Origin: a virus
Lineage: Duplodnaviria; Caudoviricetes
DNA length: 64,000 bases
Direction: 5' to 3' (one strand)
Virus record (IMG/VR): IMGVR_UViG_2651870089_000025
Span: 1-64,000 of that record
Shown here: piece by piece, positions 1-10,500 of the stretch
Position numbering within the stretch: position 1 is the stretch's first letter
Layout: every line of letters starts with the position of its first letter
The notes under the pieces: model-generated
What the model was told of the DNA's origin: nothing
Databases searched by the model: none
What the model saw: the letters and a program-made list of their open reading frames with translations, nothing else
Made by a program: the position numbers and the translations under genes

Positions 1-1450
1 CTCTTGCATCGGTATAGTATAAATTAGTACCTTCTGTTAAGTCATCAGTAGTCTTAGTTGCTAATCTTGTATCAAAATCAGCATTTGCTCTTGTTGTAGT
101 ATAATATAAATTAGTACCTTCTGTTAAGTCATCTGTGGACTTAGTTGCAAGTCTTGTATCAAATCGTGTATCTGTGTAATATAAGTTAGTACCTTCGGTG
201 ATATTACTTGTTGATGGAGTAGCAAAACTTAAAGTACCAGATCCGTCTGTTGTTATTACTTGATTTGGAGTTCCGTCGGCGGTTGGATATTCAATACTAT
301 TTATAGCAACCCCGATGCCATCTGCTGTGTTACCTAAGACTACTAAATTATTTGTTAGAGATAAAGTTATATAAGAAGTAGCCGTAGAAGTATTAGCGCC
401 TGTGTCGTCAATTGTAAAGTAACTAAACGGTAGATCACCGTCTTGTTCAATACCCATAACCCATTTGTGCCCAGATCCAGCAGTAACAGGAATATTTTTA
501 AATACTGTGCCAGCAAATGTAGGAGCAACAGTACCAGAACTGCTCGGAGTTGCTGATATAGTAACCGAAGCATTTCCTTCTCCACCAAACTGTGGACTAT
601 CAGTTGTACCTAAACCTAAGTTTGTTCTGCCTGTTGATGGTGCTACATTGCTTAGTAAGTCATCAGCAAAATAAGTTGCGTCATATGTAGCCGCAGTACC
701 TAAACCTAAGTTTGTTCTGCCTGTTGCTGGATCTACATTGCTTATTTCGTCATCGGCAAAATCAGTTGAGTCGAATGTAGCCGCGGTACCTAAACCTAAG
801 TTTGTACGTGCATCGGCTTCTGTTGTTGCACCAGTACCACCTAATGCAATACTAATAGGAGGAGTGATACCTCCCCAATTACCAGCATCGTTGTATAAGA
901 AATCACCAGGTGATGCTGGTACAGAAATATTGCTAGTAGAAATACCCGTAATACCTGAACCATCACCAAAGAGCCCTGCGGCCGCAACTGATCCTGTTGC
1001 TGTTATGTCGCCCGAAACCGATACTGCATTTTCTGCTAATGCTATTAAATCTGTATCTGTAACTGCTAGGCCTATTTGGCTTCCATCGATGTAGATGTTA
1101 TCTACTTGTAAACTAGTTAATGTACCGGGAATACTAGTTATTCCTGAACCAAGTGAAGTTGCACTTAGTACTGATGTACCATCGATAAAGTATTCTTTTC
1201 CTACTGCTAAATCTAAATGTTCGCTAGATGTCCAACTGTCGGTTGCATTTATCCAATTAAAGATTTTATCAGTACTACCTTTTACAGTAATACCACCACC
1301 GTTAGCGTTTGAATCTGTAGGAGAATCAACGTTGTTTAGAGTAATGTTTGGATCGTCAGTAGTTAATTGTTGCACATCAATTGATGTAGTACTACCTGAA
1401 ATAATAACATTACCGTCAATATTCAAATTTTTAATGGAACTGTTAGCCAT
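1..1450 (-). CDS. Tail-fibre/virion structural repeat protein (runs off the left edge; absent from the ORF track)
   Basis: ATG at 1450 gives MANSSIKNLNIDGNVIISGSTTSIDVQQLTTDDPNITLNNVDSPTDSNANGGGITVKGSTDK. The same frame reads EGTNLYYTDAR at the edge. It carries RTNLGLGTAAT and DDLTEGTNLYYT repeats typical of T4-like fibre proteins, with GATAAATA upstream. Confidence 0.85.
   Translation of the reverse strand, partial: MANSSIKNLNIDGNVIISGSTTSIDVQQLTTDDPNITLNNVDSPTDSNANGGGITVKGSTDKIFNWINATDSWTSSEHLDLAVGKEYFIDGTSVLSATSLGSGITSIPGTLTSLQVDNIYIDGSQIGLAVTDTDLIALAENAVSVSGDITATGSVAAAGLFGDGSGITGISTSNISVPASPGDFLYNDAGNWGGITPPISIALGGTGATTEADARTNLGLGTAATFDSTDFADDEISNVDPATGRTNLGLGTAATYDATYFADDLLSNVAPSTGRTNLGLGTTDSPQFGGEGNASVTISATPSSSGTVAPTFAGTVFKNIPVTAGSGHKWVMGIEQDGDLPFSYFTIDDTGANTSTATSYITLSLTNNLVVLGNTADGIGVAINSIEYPTADGTPNQVITTDGSGTLSFATPSTSNITEGTNLYYTDTRFDTRLATKSTDDLTEGTNLYYTTTRANADFDTRLATKTTDDLTEGTNLYYTDAR
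19..208. repeat. Intragenic repeat encoding DDLTEGTNLYYT units
   Basis: ATAAATTAGTACCTTCTGTTAAGTCATC occurs at 19 and 106 (87-bp period), with a diverged copy at 181. Confidence 0.85.
606..810. repeat. Three-copy 90-bp-period repeat (RTNLGLGT units)
   Basis: GTACCTAAACCTAAGTTTGT occurs at 606, 696 and 786. Confidence 0.85.
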
Positions 1451-1485
1451 GCTTCAAATCCTATAATTTAATAACTATATAATTG

Positions 1486-1493
1486 TATTTATC
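1486..1493 (-). promoter_or_regulatory. Late promoter GATAAATA
   Basis: TATTTATC on the + strand, upstream of the ATG at 1450. The same motif recurs before many structural genes. Confidence 0.7.
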
Positions 1494-1518
1494 TAAAAGC
1501 CGGCTGAAAAGCCATAAG

Positions 1519-1542
1519 GAAACCCGGGCATGCCCGGGTTTC
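1519..1542 (-). terminator. Probable intrinsic terminator after the major capsid gene
   Basis: Perfect GC-rich palindrome GAAACCCGGGCATGCCCGGGTTTC just past the gp23 stop, followed by a modest U-rich tail on the minus strand. Confidence 0.7.
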
Positions 1543-1564
1543 GATATGTAACTTGGTTTCTCTC

Positions 1565-2752
1565 TTAGAGGAAGCCTAAGTTTTGTACGGAAATACCTGA
1601 TACGTAGTCGCCTGCGTTACCGAAGGAGTTAGCTGTGTTTGTTAACTCTTTGTAACCGTAACGTGTCAAGAATGACACTGTTGGCTCGAATGTACCTGGA
1701 TCCATTACTACACCACTACTCATTAATGGAATGTATGGGCAGTAGAATGCAGCTGCGTCTGTTTCTGTTGAGCCTTTGTAGCCCATTAGAATGTCAGCAC
1801 CTGTACCGCCATCTGTGTAGTATGTGTCAACATAGATACGCATTGTACCATTCAATGTACCAACGTACTTAACGTTTGTTGGTGCTTCGAATGTACCTTC
1901 TGTTGTACGTGCGAATGCTGATGTTGTTGCACTTTGTAGTGCTGTAAGCACACTTGGTGAAACAACAGCCCAGTTAGCTGCACCGCGTCGTGTGCGAGCG
2001 GCAACTAGGTTTGCTTGCTCGTTCATTTGAATTGCTAGAACAGCGTGACGATCACCAACGAATGTTGGAGCACCTGTGAAGGTACCTGTTTGATTGAATA
2101 CTGCATCTTGACCTGCTAATGAACGTAGTGATGCTAAAATTTCTTGGTCAATTTCAGTTGTAATTTCTTGTGCTAGAGCAGCTAAAATTTCTGCTTCAAC
2201 ATCAAGGCCGTGCATTGCTTGTGCATCTTGAGCGGCTTCAAATGTCCAACGAGCACTCAATCTACGTGACTTTGCTTCTACAACTTCTTTGACGATTTGG
2301 ATGCTTAGACGGTTGCCTGCTACACCTTCTGCTGTTGCTGTGTAGTTTGCTTTATCGTCGGCTGCATTACCTGAATAACCAGCTGCAATTTTGAATGGGC
2401 TTAGAGCCTCTTCACCAGCTGTTGTGCTTGTACCACCTGAGCTTGTGAAAGCGTCAGCGTAACGTACACGCAATGTATGGATTTGGCCTACTGGGCCAGC
2501 CATTGGTTGAACGCCAATAATTTCGTTAGCGATAACTGTTGGCATTACACGTCTAATTACTGGAAGAATTACCTTGTTAAGAGCTGCAACGTTACCAGCT
2601 TGTGTTGTGGTAGCTAGTGCATTCTCAGCAAGATATTGCTTTGTATTCTCTAACATAACACTCATTGTTTGAGCGCGTTGACCGGAAAGGCCTTCCATTA
2701 GAGCTTCTTTAGTGGCTCCCCAGTTTTGACTTTCTGTTAGGTTTTCTGCCAT
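1565..2752 (-). CDS. gp23: Major capsid protein (T4 gp23 family)
   Basis: Motifs LPVIRRVMPTVIANEIIGVQPMAGPVG, VEAKSRRLSARWTFEAAQD, EIDQEI, GYKG and AAFYCPYIPL are gp23-family hallmarks. Confidence 0.97.
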   Translation of the reverse strand: MAENLTESQNWGATKEALMEGLSGQRAQTMSVMLENTKQYLAENALATTTQAGNVAALNKVILPVIRRVMPTVIANEIIGVQPMAGPVGQIHTLRVRYADAFTSSGGTSTTAGEEALSPFKIAAGYSGNAADDKANYTATAEGVAGNRLSIQIVKEVVEAKSRRLSARWTFEAAQDAQAMHGLDVEAEILAALAQEITTEIDQEILASLRSLAGQDAVFNQTGTFTGAPTFVGDRHAVLAIQMNEQANLVAARTRRGAANWAVVSPSVLTALQSATTSAFARTTEGTFEAPTNVKYVGTLNGTMRIYVDTYYTDGGTGADILMGYKGSTETDAAAFYCPYIPLMSSGVVMDPGTFEPTVSFLTRYGYKELTNTANSFGNAGDYVSGISVQNLGFL

Positions 2753-2764
2753 TTTAAATACTCC

Positions 2765-3841
2765 TTATTTAATACCTGCTAATTTTTTTAGATGTACAAT
2801 GTTACCACTGTCATCTACTTGCTTTGTTGTTTCTTCTGTTTGTGGTTTGTTGCCTGTCTTTTCAGTCAGTGTTACCTTAGAAGTTTCTTTTCTATCTACT
2901 GTCTCATTGAGTACAGCAGGTAGATATTTTTGGAAACTACTCTTAAGGTTCTTTGTTTGAACACTTTCAAGTAATTCTTCCATAATACCTCTCTTACTCT
3001 TTGCTAAAGGTGCAAGAATCTCACTCATAATTTCATCACGAGCAATTTTGTCGTTAAGTTTCTTAACTTCAATTTCTGCATTATCCTTTGCTTCTGTAAG
3101 GGAGGCAATATTTTTGCTTTGTTCCTCAATAGTACTATTGAGCTTGCGAACTTCTGTGCCTTCTGCGAGATATGATGTCATATACTCAGACGCAAAAGAT
3201 TCGAAAATCTTGCGACCAAAGTTATTTTCTCTGGCTGCTTTGATATCTTCTTTAAGTTGTGTCATTTCATTACGTAGTGCAGATTCAACAACCTTTTCGA
3301 CTGTTGTTGCCGCACGTTTAATGAAGTTTTGCTTTGCTTCGTCAAGTTTTTGACGACCACTAGCAATCAACTTTACTTTTGCTTCTGCGAGAGACTTCTT
3401 ATCCTCGTTGAATTCAGCAATCTCGCCTGCGAGTTGCTTTAGCACAAAACCCTCAAGTTTATTAAAATTATCGAATTGCTTATTACGATCTTCTCGGAGT
3501 TCGACGATTTCGTTACGCAATGATTCCATTACGAAACTAGATAAGGCTTCTGTATGTTCCTTCATGTTCTTTTTATATTGAACACGAGCTTCAATTAAAC
3601 CCTTACGGTCGTCAGCAAACTCAGCGATTTCAGTTTTGATAGCATCTGAAAGCATTGTGTCCATGGCTTCAACAAGTTGATTCTTGTCGTTTTCATAGCG
3701 GGTAGCAAACTCTTCTCTTAGCTCAACTGCTACTGCTTCGCGAGCCTCAACAAGGTTTTTCTCCCATGCTTCCTGAATGCTGGCCTTTGTGTTCTCATCT
3801 AAAAGATCGCTTTCGAGTAATTCTTTAAGTGCTTCGGCCAT
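2765..3841 (-). CDS. gp22: Prohead core scaffold protein (gp22-like)
   Basis: Coiled-coil, Glu/Lys-rich protein with many L-x-E sites, lying between the protease and major capsid genes. Confidence 0.8.
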   Translation of the reverse strand: MAEALKELLESDLLDENTKASIQEAWEKNLVEAREAVAVELREEFATRYENDKNQLVEAMDTMLSDAIKTEIAEFADDRKGLIEARVQYKKNMKEHTEALSSFVMESLRNEIVELREDRNKQFDNFNKLEGFVLKQLAGEIAEFNEDKKSLAEAKVKLIASGRQKLDEAKQNFIKRAATTVEKVVESALRNEMTQLKEDIKAARENNFGRKIFESFASEYMTSYLAEGTEVRKLNSTIEEQSKNIASLTEAKDNAEIEVKKLNDKIARDEIMSEILAPLAKSKRGIMEELLESVQTKNLKSSFQKYLPAVLNETVDRKETSKVTLTEKTGNKPQTEETTKQVDDSGNIVHLKKLAGIK

Positions 3842-3854
3842 AAATATTCTCCCT

Positions 3855-4496
3855 TTACTTCTTATTCAACTCTTCAATAAACTTTAAAATACCTTCTTTG
3901 AGATATTTTTGAGCTTTTTTATCATAAACCATTGCTTCTGCTAAATTATACATACTGTAACCATTACGCATATTCATTAGGCTTTCACGTATTGCCTTTG
4001 GATATGCATCAGGTGCGCTAGGTTGTGCTACAATGTCTACAGTAACAATCTCAAAATCGGAAACTTGTCCGCCTTCGTTTACGTTACCGCTTCCTCTACT
4101 TGATACGCCTAACTTCGCTCCACTTTCGAGTAATGTAGAAATGATGTTACCCATTGGTGTTGGAATAACTTTAAGTTTTCCATAACCGTTAGGTCCATCC
4201 ATCCACATATCTTCAATAATGTGGCTAACCCGGTCTAAGTTTACAGTTAATTCCTCAGGATGGTCCGCTTCTCCGAGAACTGTGTGTCCTTGCTGTAAGC
4301 GTTCGTTAATAGACTCAACTGCTTTGCTTATCTCTGTTACGGGATAAACACGCTCGTTTTGATTCTTAACGCCACCCTGAATAAAGATTCCTTTCATATA
4401 AAGGTCTTTACCGGAACCGTCAGTGCGTTCCCGGGCTTCAACTGCTACTCTAGCCTGATTAGGAGTTAAACGTTCAAATAATGGTTGCATTGACAT
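3855..4496 (-). CDS. gp21: Prohead maturation protease (gp21)
   Basis: Motifs GIFIQG..KNQNERVYP, GEADHP, RVSH, LGVSSRGSG and DIVAQPSAPDAY. Confidence 0.95.
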   Translation of the reverse strand: MSMQPLFERLTPNQARVAVEARERTDGSGKDLYMKGIFIQGGVKNQNERVYPVTEISKAVESINERLQQGHTVLGEADHPEELTVNLDRVSHIIEDMWMDGPNGYGKLKVIPTPMGNIISTLLESGAKLGVSSRGSGNVNEGGQVSDFEIVTVDIVAQPSAPDAYPKAIRESLMNMRNGYSMYNLAEAMVYDKKAQKYLKEGILKFIEELNKK

Positions 4497-4500
4497 TATC

Positions 4501-5346
4501 TTACCTTAGGTCCTTGTTTACTACTGCTGTAGTATTGTCTGAATGGTCACCGTTATCAGCTGCTTTAGCTGATGATAATTTAGCGTCTTGATTTGTTGTC
4601 ATGCCTTCGGCAGGTTTCTGTGCGGAACCGCCTTTTTCATCACCGCCTGCAAAATCTACAGGGCCACCTTCGAGTTCTTTACCGGTAACATTGCCGCCGT
4701 TAATTGTGCTTTTGGCACTAGCGTCGCCGTTATCGCCACCCTTTGGTGAACTTACTGCTGATAAACTTGCAGATTCATCTAACTCTTCTGCATCGTCATC
4801 TGACTCTTCTGCTTCAAATGCTACTGATTCTTCAGCTTCCATGTCCATATCCATGTCCATTTCTTCTGGGTCACTTTCGTCACCTGACATTAATTTGTCA
4901 AATTCTGCTTTGAGTTCTTCAACTGCGGCTTCTAGATCGTCTACTCGGTCTTCGACTTCTTCTTCACCTTCTGGTGATTCATCGTCGCCAATTTCCATGT
5001 CATCTAGATCGTCTTCTGCTTCGGCATCATCAATATCTTCTTCGCCATCATCGTCGGCTTCACCGACTTGTTCTTCGTGGTCGATTTCTTCACTGTGGGC
5101 TACGATTTCATCGTCTTCCTGTGTGATTTCATCTTCCCAGTCAGATTTGGCGGACTCTTCAACTTCTTCTTCATCTGTATCTGTATCTTCTAAAGCTTCT
5201 TCGATCTCTTCATCTTCATCTTCAATTAAAGATTCGTGAATAGAACGTGCTTTTTCTACGAATACAGTATGGAGCAAGTCTCGAGCCTTATCTTCTTCAT
5301 CATTAATAAGGTACTCTAGTACCTGTTCTAGTTTTTCTCTTGACAT
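4501..5346 (-). CDS. Highly acidic prohead core protein (gp67/68-like position)
   Basis: Strong SD (GAGGAGG), extreme D/E content, located between the portal and protease genes. Confidence 0.7.
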   Translation of the reverse strand: MSREKLEQVLEYLINDEEDKARDLLHTVFVEKARSIHESLIEDEDEEIEEALEDTDTDEEEVEESAKSDWEDEITQEDDEIVAHSEEIDHEEQVGEADDDGEEDIDDAEAEDDLDDMEIGDDESPEGEEEVEDRVDDLEAAVEELKAEFDKLMSGDESDPEEMDMDMDMEAEESVAFEAEESDDDAEELDESASLSAVSSPKGGDNGDASAKSTINGGNVTGKELEGGPVDFAGGDEKGGSAQKPAEGMTTNQDAKLSSAKAADNGDHSDNTTAVVNKDLR

Positions 5347-5387
5347 CCGATCCTCCTCTTCAAACCGCGAAAGAGTTTGTGTAATAT

Positions 5388-5395
5388 TATTTAAG
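5388..5395 (-). promoter_or_regulatory. Variant late promoter CTTAAATA
   Basis: TAAATA core about 40 nt upstream of the 5346 start, at the head of the core-protease-scaffold-capsid operon. Confidence 0.45.
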
Positions 5396-5522
5396 ATGTC
5401 TTACTTAAAATGAGGGCAAAAAGGTAGGTTTTTCGGCCTTTTTTGGCCAAAACATGAATAAAAGTATATTTAATCTTTATTTTTGTCTATTATATACAAT
5501 GTTAATGAAAACAATTTAACAA

Positions 5523-5747
5523 TTATGCGATATCTGCACCAGGTTCTGGTGCTGGAGCATAGACCATTTTTAATAATTCTTTACGGTTTTCTTGCTCATA
5601 ACGACGGAACTCTCTAACTTTACGTAGAGTATTAAGATGTTCTAGTGTAAACCTAGGACGACGAGTATCATCAATTAGCGCAACAGAATGTTTGTCTTTG
5701 CTAACATCATAATAAGCTTCGTTAAGTATAAAGTCACGTGCTCGCAT
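5523..5747 (-). CDS. Small head-module protein with an MRARDFILNE N-terminus
   Basis: 74-aa ORF directly after GATAAATA (5753-5760), co-oriented with the portal gene. Confidence 0.8.
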   Translation of the reverse strand: MRARDFILNEAYYDVSKDKHSVALIDDTRRPRFTLEHLNTLRKVREFRRYEQENRKELLKMVYAPAPEPGADIA

Positions 5748-5752
5748 AATGT

Positions 5753-5760
5753 TATTTATC
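5753..5760 (-). promoter_or_regulatory. Late promoter GATAAATA
   Basis: TATTTATC on the + strand, 5 nt from the ATG at 5747. Confidence 0.65.
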
Positions 5761-5771
5761 TTAGAAATGTT

Positions 5772-7481
5772 TTATGCGGGAGGTTCGCCACCGGGTGCGT
5801 TTTCAGCACCGCTAATTGGAGATTCTGCGCCTGGCTCGACACCTATACCTTCATCTCCGCCTCCACCTAAGTCTGGGGTTTCAGGTGGTGCTAAGTCAGC
5901 AGGTTCTGAAGGTCTAACGCCTACATCAATCATGCCAGGAGACATATCTGTCAATGGATGATCTTGTCCTGATTCTTCGACAAACATGCGTTCATTTTGT
6001 ACAATTTCGTCGTCAGTCCAACCAAGGTAACGTTTTAATGCATAGCGTTTGCTTATAAATGGTATTTGTACTGCTTGACCAAATACATTTAATTGTGCGG
6101 CATCAACTTCAATTTGTCGATACTTGCCAAAGTTTTGTGGCTCGATAAACACAAGTTCAAATAAGTTTGCTTCAACTTCAATACCTTTGTGTTTGCAGAA
6201 CATTTTAAACTCATGATCTAACCATGGCGCAACTAATTGTTGCAGTCGTTTACAATAGTTTGTAAAACGATACTCTTGAATAAATGCTGTACCAACTCTA
6301 CCGTCGTTGTATACAGCAGTACCATCTTCAGGGCCAGTAGGCAAATAAGAACTTGGAACACGTAAACCACGTAGTAGTTTATTGTTAAAGTATTTCAAGT
6401 CATCAATTTGTCCTAGGTTTTCACCGCCTGGAAGCGTTTCAACTTTAGAACCTCTGCCCTCAGAAGTTTGAGCAAAAAAGTAATCCTCAATCATTGATAG
6501 TGGATTATATGCGGCATCCATAATGTTTGCGCCGCCTCCTGTTTTGTTAGGAATACGCTTTTGATGGATTTCGTTTTTAACTTGCTCAATAAACGCCATT
6601 GCTCTTGTGCGAGGCATATCACCTACATCAATATAAAACACACGTCGTTCTGGTGCACGTTGTACACGATAAATTAAAATAGCATCCTCAAGCATTTCTT
6701 TTTGCTTGAAGATTTTATAAATTGGTTCTAGTATACTTGTGCCAAATGGCCAAGCATTGTCCAAGCCTTCGCTTAAACTTAAATGTATGATATGATCAGC
6801 AGAAATAGGAATTGCTGTTGAGAAACCCGAACCTGATGCTAAACCAAAGCCCTCTTGGCTTCCTACTACTGCACCGCCTTCTCTGCCCCTAACAGTTGGA
6901 ATAGCAGGGTTTGCTTTACTTGAGTAGTCTCTGCCTGAAAACATGTTGCTGGCAACAATTGATTGCATGTTTAAGTCCAAGTCTTTAACATGATATTCTT
7001 CAGTCTTTTTGCCATTGCCTTCATCAACGACAACTTTTTCTACTTTTGAAGGATCAATCCAATATAGTTTCCACGTTTCAGGATCTCTAATAAAAAATTG
7101 ATCGCCATATTTTAAAACACTACGTACCATGCGCCATGTGCGTCTATCTAAATCATTTAGATTGCACCATTGTTTTAATGCGCTTTGTAGCAACTTTACT
7201 TCTGTTTCTGTTGCGTCGTTTTTGTAATGTATTTCGTATGGTAGTTCTGTTGCTGAATCTGTTTGTGTACAAAACTCAGCAATAATGTCTAGCGCCGCAT
7301 TGATCTCACTATCCATGTCCATTTGGTCGTATTGCATATAACGTTCCAAACGATTTGGGGGACCAGTATATACTTCTGGTAACCAGGATGAATATTTATT
7401 GTTAAAAGCAGCCGAGTTTCCTTCTGCTTTTCCGCGATAGTTTGTTTGATCGTATACTTGAAAGTGTTTGCGCCAGCTCAT
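5772..7481 (-). CDS. gp20: Portal protein (T4 gp20 family)
   Basis: Motifs LEDAILIYRVQRAPERRVFYIDVG, EDYFF, GRGSKVETLPGGENLGQIDDLKYF and LRVPSS. Confidence 0.97.
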   Translation of the reverse strand: MSWRKHFQVYDQTNYRGKAEGNSAAFNNKYSSWLPEVYTGPPNRLERYMQYDQMDMDSEINAALDIIAEFCTQTDSATELPYEIHYKNDATETEVKLLQSALKQWCNLNDLDRRTWRMVRSVLKYGDQFFIRDPETWKLYWIDPSKVEKVVVDEGNGKKTEEYHVKDLDLNMQSIVASNMFSGRDYSSKANPAIPTVRGREGGAVVGSQEGFGLASGSGFSTAIPISADHIIHLSLSEGLDNAWPFGTSILEPIYKIFKQKEMLEDAILIYRVQRAPERRVFYIDVGDMPRTRAMAFIEQVKNEIHQKRIPNKTGGGANIMDAAYNPLSMIEDYFFAQTSEGRGSKVETLPGGENLGQIDDLKYFNNKLLRGLRVPSSYLPTGPEDGTAVYNDGRVGTAFIQEYRFTNYCKRLQQLVAPWLDHEFKMFCKHKGIEVEANLFELVFIEPQNFGKYRQIEVDAAQLNVFGQAVQIPFISKRYALKRYLGWTDDEIVQNERMFVEESGQDHPLTDMSPGMIDVGVRPSEPADLAPPETPDLGGGGDEGIGVEPGAESPISGAENAPGGEPPA

Positions 7482-7504
7482 TAAATCACCATAGGTAGAA
7501 TTAT

Positions 7505-7534
7505 ATTATACTATTATATTTATCGTTTTGTCAA
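7505..7534 (-). promoter_or_regulatory. Sigma70-like promoter with an embedded late promoter upstream of portal
   Basis: TTGACA (7534-7529), 18-nt spacer, TATAAT (7510-7505). GATAAATA lies at 7524-7517, inside the spacer. Confidence 0.6.
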
Positions 7535-7556
7535 GTTTTATTGTAAGCGAAAAATA

Positions 7557-10500
7557 CTAGGAAACGTATGGGCTTGATTCTTTAACTGCTTTAACGATAC
7601 TCTTTGAATTATACATGTCTGCTTGCATCTGATTTACTTGATCTACTTTCATTTGATTCATAATGTCTTTTATTTCGCCAAGTATTGCTAATTGTTCAGT
7701 ATTTGCTTGTTTTACATAATTATTCATTGATTCGGACATTGATGTCCAATTTGTTATTGCATTTTGTCCAAATGTTGCATCTTGATCAAATGATGTTTTG
7801 TATGCATTTAATGTAGCAGTTAAATCTGCAAGAGATCTTGTAATGTCCATAGCAGGCTGTACTTCTTGCTGTGATTCTATTTGCCCCCTCATGTTAGGTC
7901 TTACAGTACTCTTATAGTCGCTATCTTGCATGTTAACGTTTGGAGCAAAATTACCACCGCCAATTGTAGTAGCCTGTTCAGCGGCTTCTTGTGCAATCTC
8001 TTGAGGGCTTTTACCAACTAAACCAAAGGTTAATCCATTTACTAGACTACTGCCAGCGTTTAATAAACTTTCGCTAACGCCTGCATTTTCATCTGCATTA
8101 AATCCGGAAAATGCATCATATGCACCCATAGCTCCTGCGGCAAGTATACCAACACCTGGTATAAATTTAGCACCTCTCCCTGCTAATTTTAATAGATTAC
8201 CTGCTTTACCAGCACCTTTAACGCCAGCTGGCTTGGCACCTGGCTTGGCACCTGGCTTGGCACCCGGCTTGGCATCCGGCTTGGCACCTGGCTTGGCATC
8301 CGGCTTGGCACCTGGCTTGGCATCCGGCTTGGCACCTGGCTTGGCATCCGGCTTGGCATCTGGTTTTAAGTCTGTTGCGGCTGTTGCTAATTTTGCTTTT
8401 TCATATGCTTCTATTGCAGCTTTAGCCGCAAGTCGTGTTTCTCTACGACGACGTGCCATACCTTTACTTACTTTGTAGGCTCCATATGCAGCTGTGCCGC
8501 CAACAATTGCCTGGTCTACTGAACTTGCGGCTCCTTCTTCACCTTCACCACCGCCAACCCCTATAGAATTCAAAAAAGAGTTTTTCATATCAGTATACAC
8601 GTTGCTAAATGCGCCAGTAACCTTGTCGAGTAACATTGCGCCAATGTTTATAAATGCATCTACTATAATTTGTGTAACTTTTTCGCCAACACCGTCAAAC
8701 ATCTGGCTAAACCCATTTAATATTTCATCACCGGATTTAACTACCCAGGTACCTGTTGCCTTACCGTATTCGTCATAATCTTGCTTAAAGAATATACCGC
8801 GAATATATTCAAATCCTGCTTTAATGGCTTTACCGAACCCAATAATATAATTAGGTATGTTTTTAATCATATTTTTAAAGTCTTGCGTCATCATATAATC
8901 AGTTATAGACTCAAGCCCACTGATAAGATCAGGAGCGAGATCATTTGCAAGGCCGCGCATTGACTTCATAAAATCACCGTCTGGCTTCAGTATCTCTGTA
9001 AATTTGTCAGTAAATCCCTTCAGACTTTTCTGGAATGTCTCGTCGGCAAATAATCCTGCTACAAATGTAGTCCATGTGGACTGCATCTGATTCATTAATT
9101 CGTCAAACGAGCCTATTGCACCTTCGACGCCTCTGAGTGATATTGCGGCTCTTAATGCCTCAAAGTCTGCTTTTTGTAGACCTAATGCTAATGCTATTGC
9201 AGAGTCGGCAGTACCGTCGGTTACAGCAGCCAAAGCTGCCATTGCTTTCATACCTTTTTTATTACCGCGCATGGTTTCTAAAATCCGTGCCATTTCTAAC
9301 TGAGCACTTTTTGCGTCCATCTTGCCAGCATTAACACTATAGATCAGCCTATTCATTGCTTCTGCTTCTGCAGTAAATCCTGCTGTGGCTAAATTTCTAC
9401 CAAAATCTGTAAGCATTATATCGCCTCTACCTAAGCCATCCATAAAGTCTTTAGCAACCCCTGGGTCAATTGAAGCCATTAGGCCGTTTAATGCTGTAGT
9501 AGTTTTTAAATATGCCGCTCTCTGATCTTCGTCCATTGCCAACATACGTGCTTGCAATGCATTGCTTTCCATTGCTTGTTGCATATCTTTGGCCAGTTGT
9601 GATCTATGTTTACCGGTAACTTGTGTTAATCGAGTTAATGTCATTAAGTATTCTTGCTGATACCGTTGTTGCTGTAGTTGATCCATTGTACCTAGAACAC
9701 CAAGCATGCGTTGTGTTTCTAAGTAATCGCCCATGTACTCGTTTAATTCTGCTGTAGTTAAACCTAAACTACCCATAGGCAATAATGCTGTTCTAACACC
9801 TTTACTTAGATTTGCCATTGCATCAACACCAATTGCAACAGATACTCTAGAGTTTTCTGTAATAAAGTCTGCAAACGCACCAACAGACATTCTAGCATCA
9901 GAGGCTGCTTGTGTTAATCTTGCTAGACCTTGTCCGCTTTTTGTTGTGCCATCGGCTAAGTTAATACCTGTGTTGTACAGTTGCAAAAACGATGTGCCTA
10001 AAGAGTCTACAATTCCTAACAATCCAGTACCAATTGTAACAATACCACCTACAATACCACCTATTGCTGTGCCTAACATTCCTGCAATACTGCCTAAAAT
10101 ATTACCTACAAACGGGATCACTCCGAGTAAACTTGACACTACGTTTTTAACACTTGAGCCAAGTCCCATAAAGATGCCAGATACTTTTGTAAATGCATCG
10201 GACATACCGTTGACAGGTGCTAACATTAACTGCCCTGAATCTCGTAGTGCATCTTTAATGCTGTTAGCCTTTAATGCTTGTATTGTTTTATTAGCGTTAT
10301 CTCGTGAAGATTTCCAAAAGTCGCGTTGTCCTTTGTAAAAATCATCGTCGTCGCTTTCTTTACGTTTATTGTATTGTGATTCTTCTTCGGACTTTTTAAG
10401 TAACTTTTTTAGTGTGTCTGAATCTGTTTTTCCACCAGAATTTAGTTTGTTAAGTTGATCAATTAGTACATTAATATTGTTAATGCTTACGCCGCTTTTA

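Noticed and set aside
19-810. Regularly spaced 20-28-bp repeats as a CRISPR array
   Set aside because: Periods are multiples of 3, the intervening segments resemble each other, all lie in one reading frame, and there are no cas genes.
367-1466. Track ORFs 367-588, 465-674, 738-1094 and 1095-1466
   Set aside because: They are shadows of the real minus-strand gene 1450->1, which the track missed because it has no stop in the window.
4601-5239. 212-aa Ser-rich + strand ORF
   Set aside because: It is the antisense reading of GAA/GAT codons in the acidic core gene.
5347-5522. 176-nt gap upstream of the core-protein gene as an ncRNA
   Set aside because: Only short weak hairpins are present; a promoter, leader and AT-rich spacer explain it.
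8233-10338. + strand ORFs inside the tape-measure gene, including the APGL repeat ORF
   Set aside because: Antisense shadows with no independent start signals.
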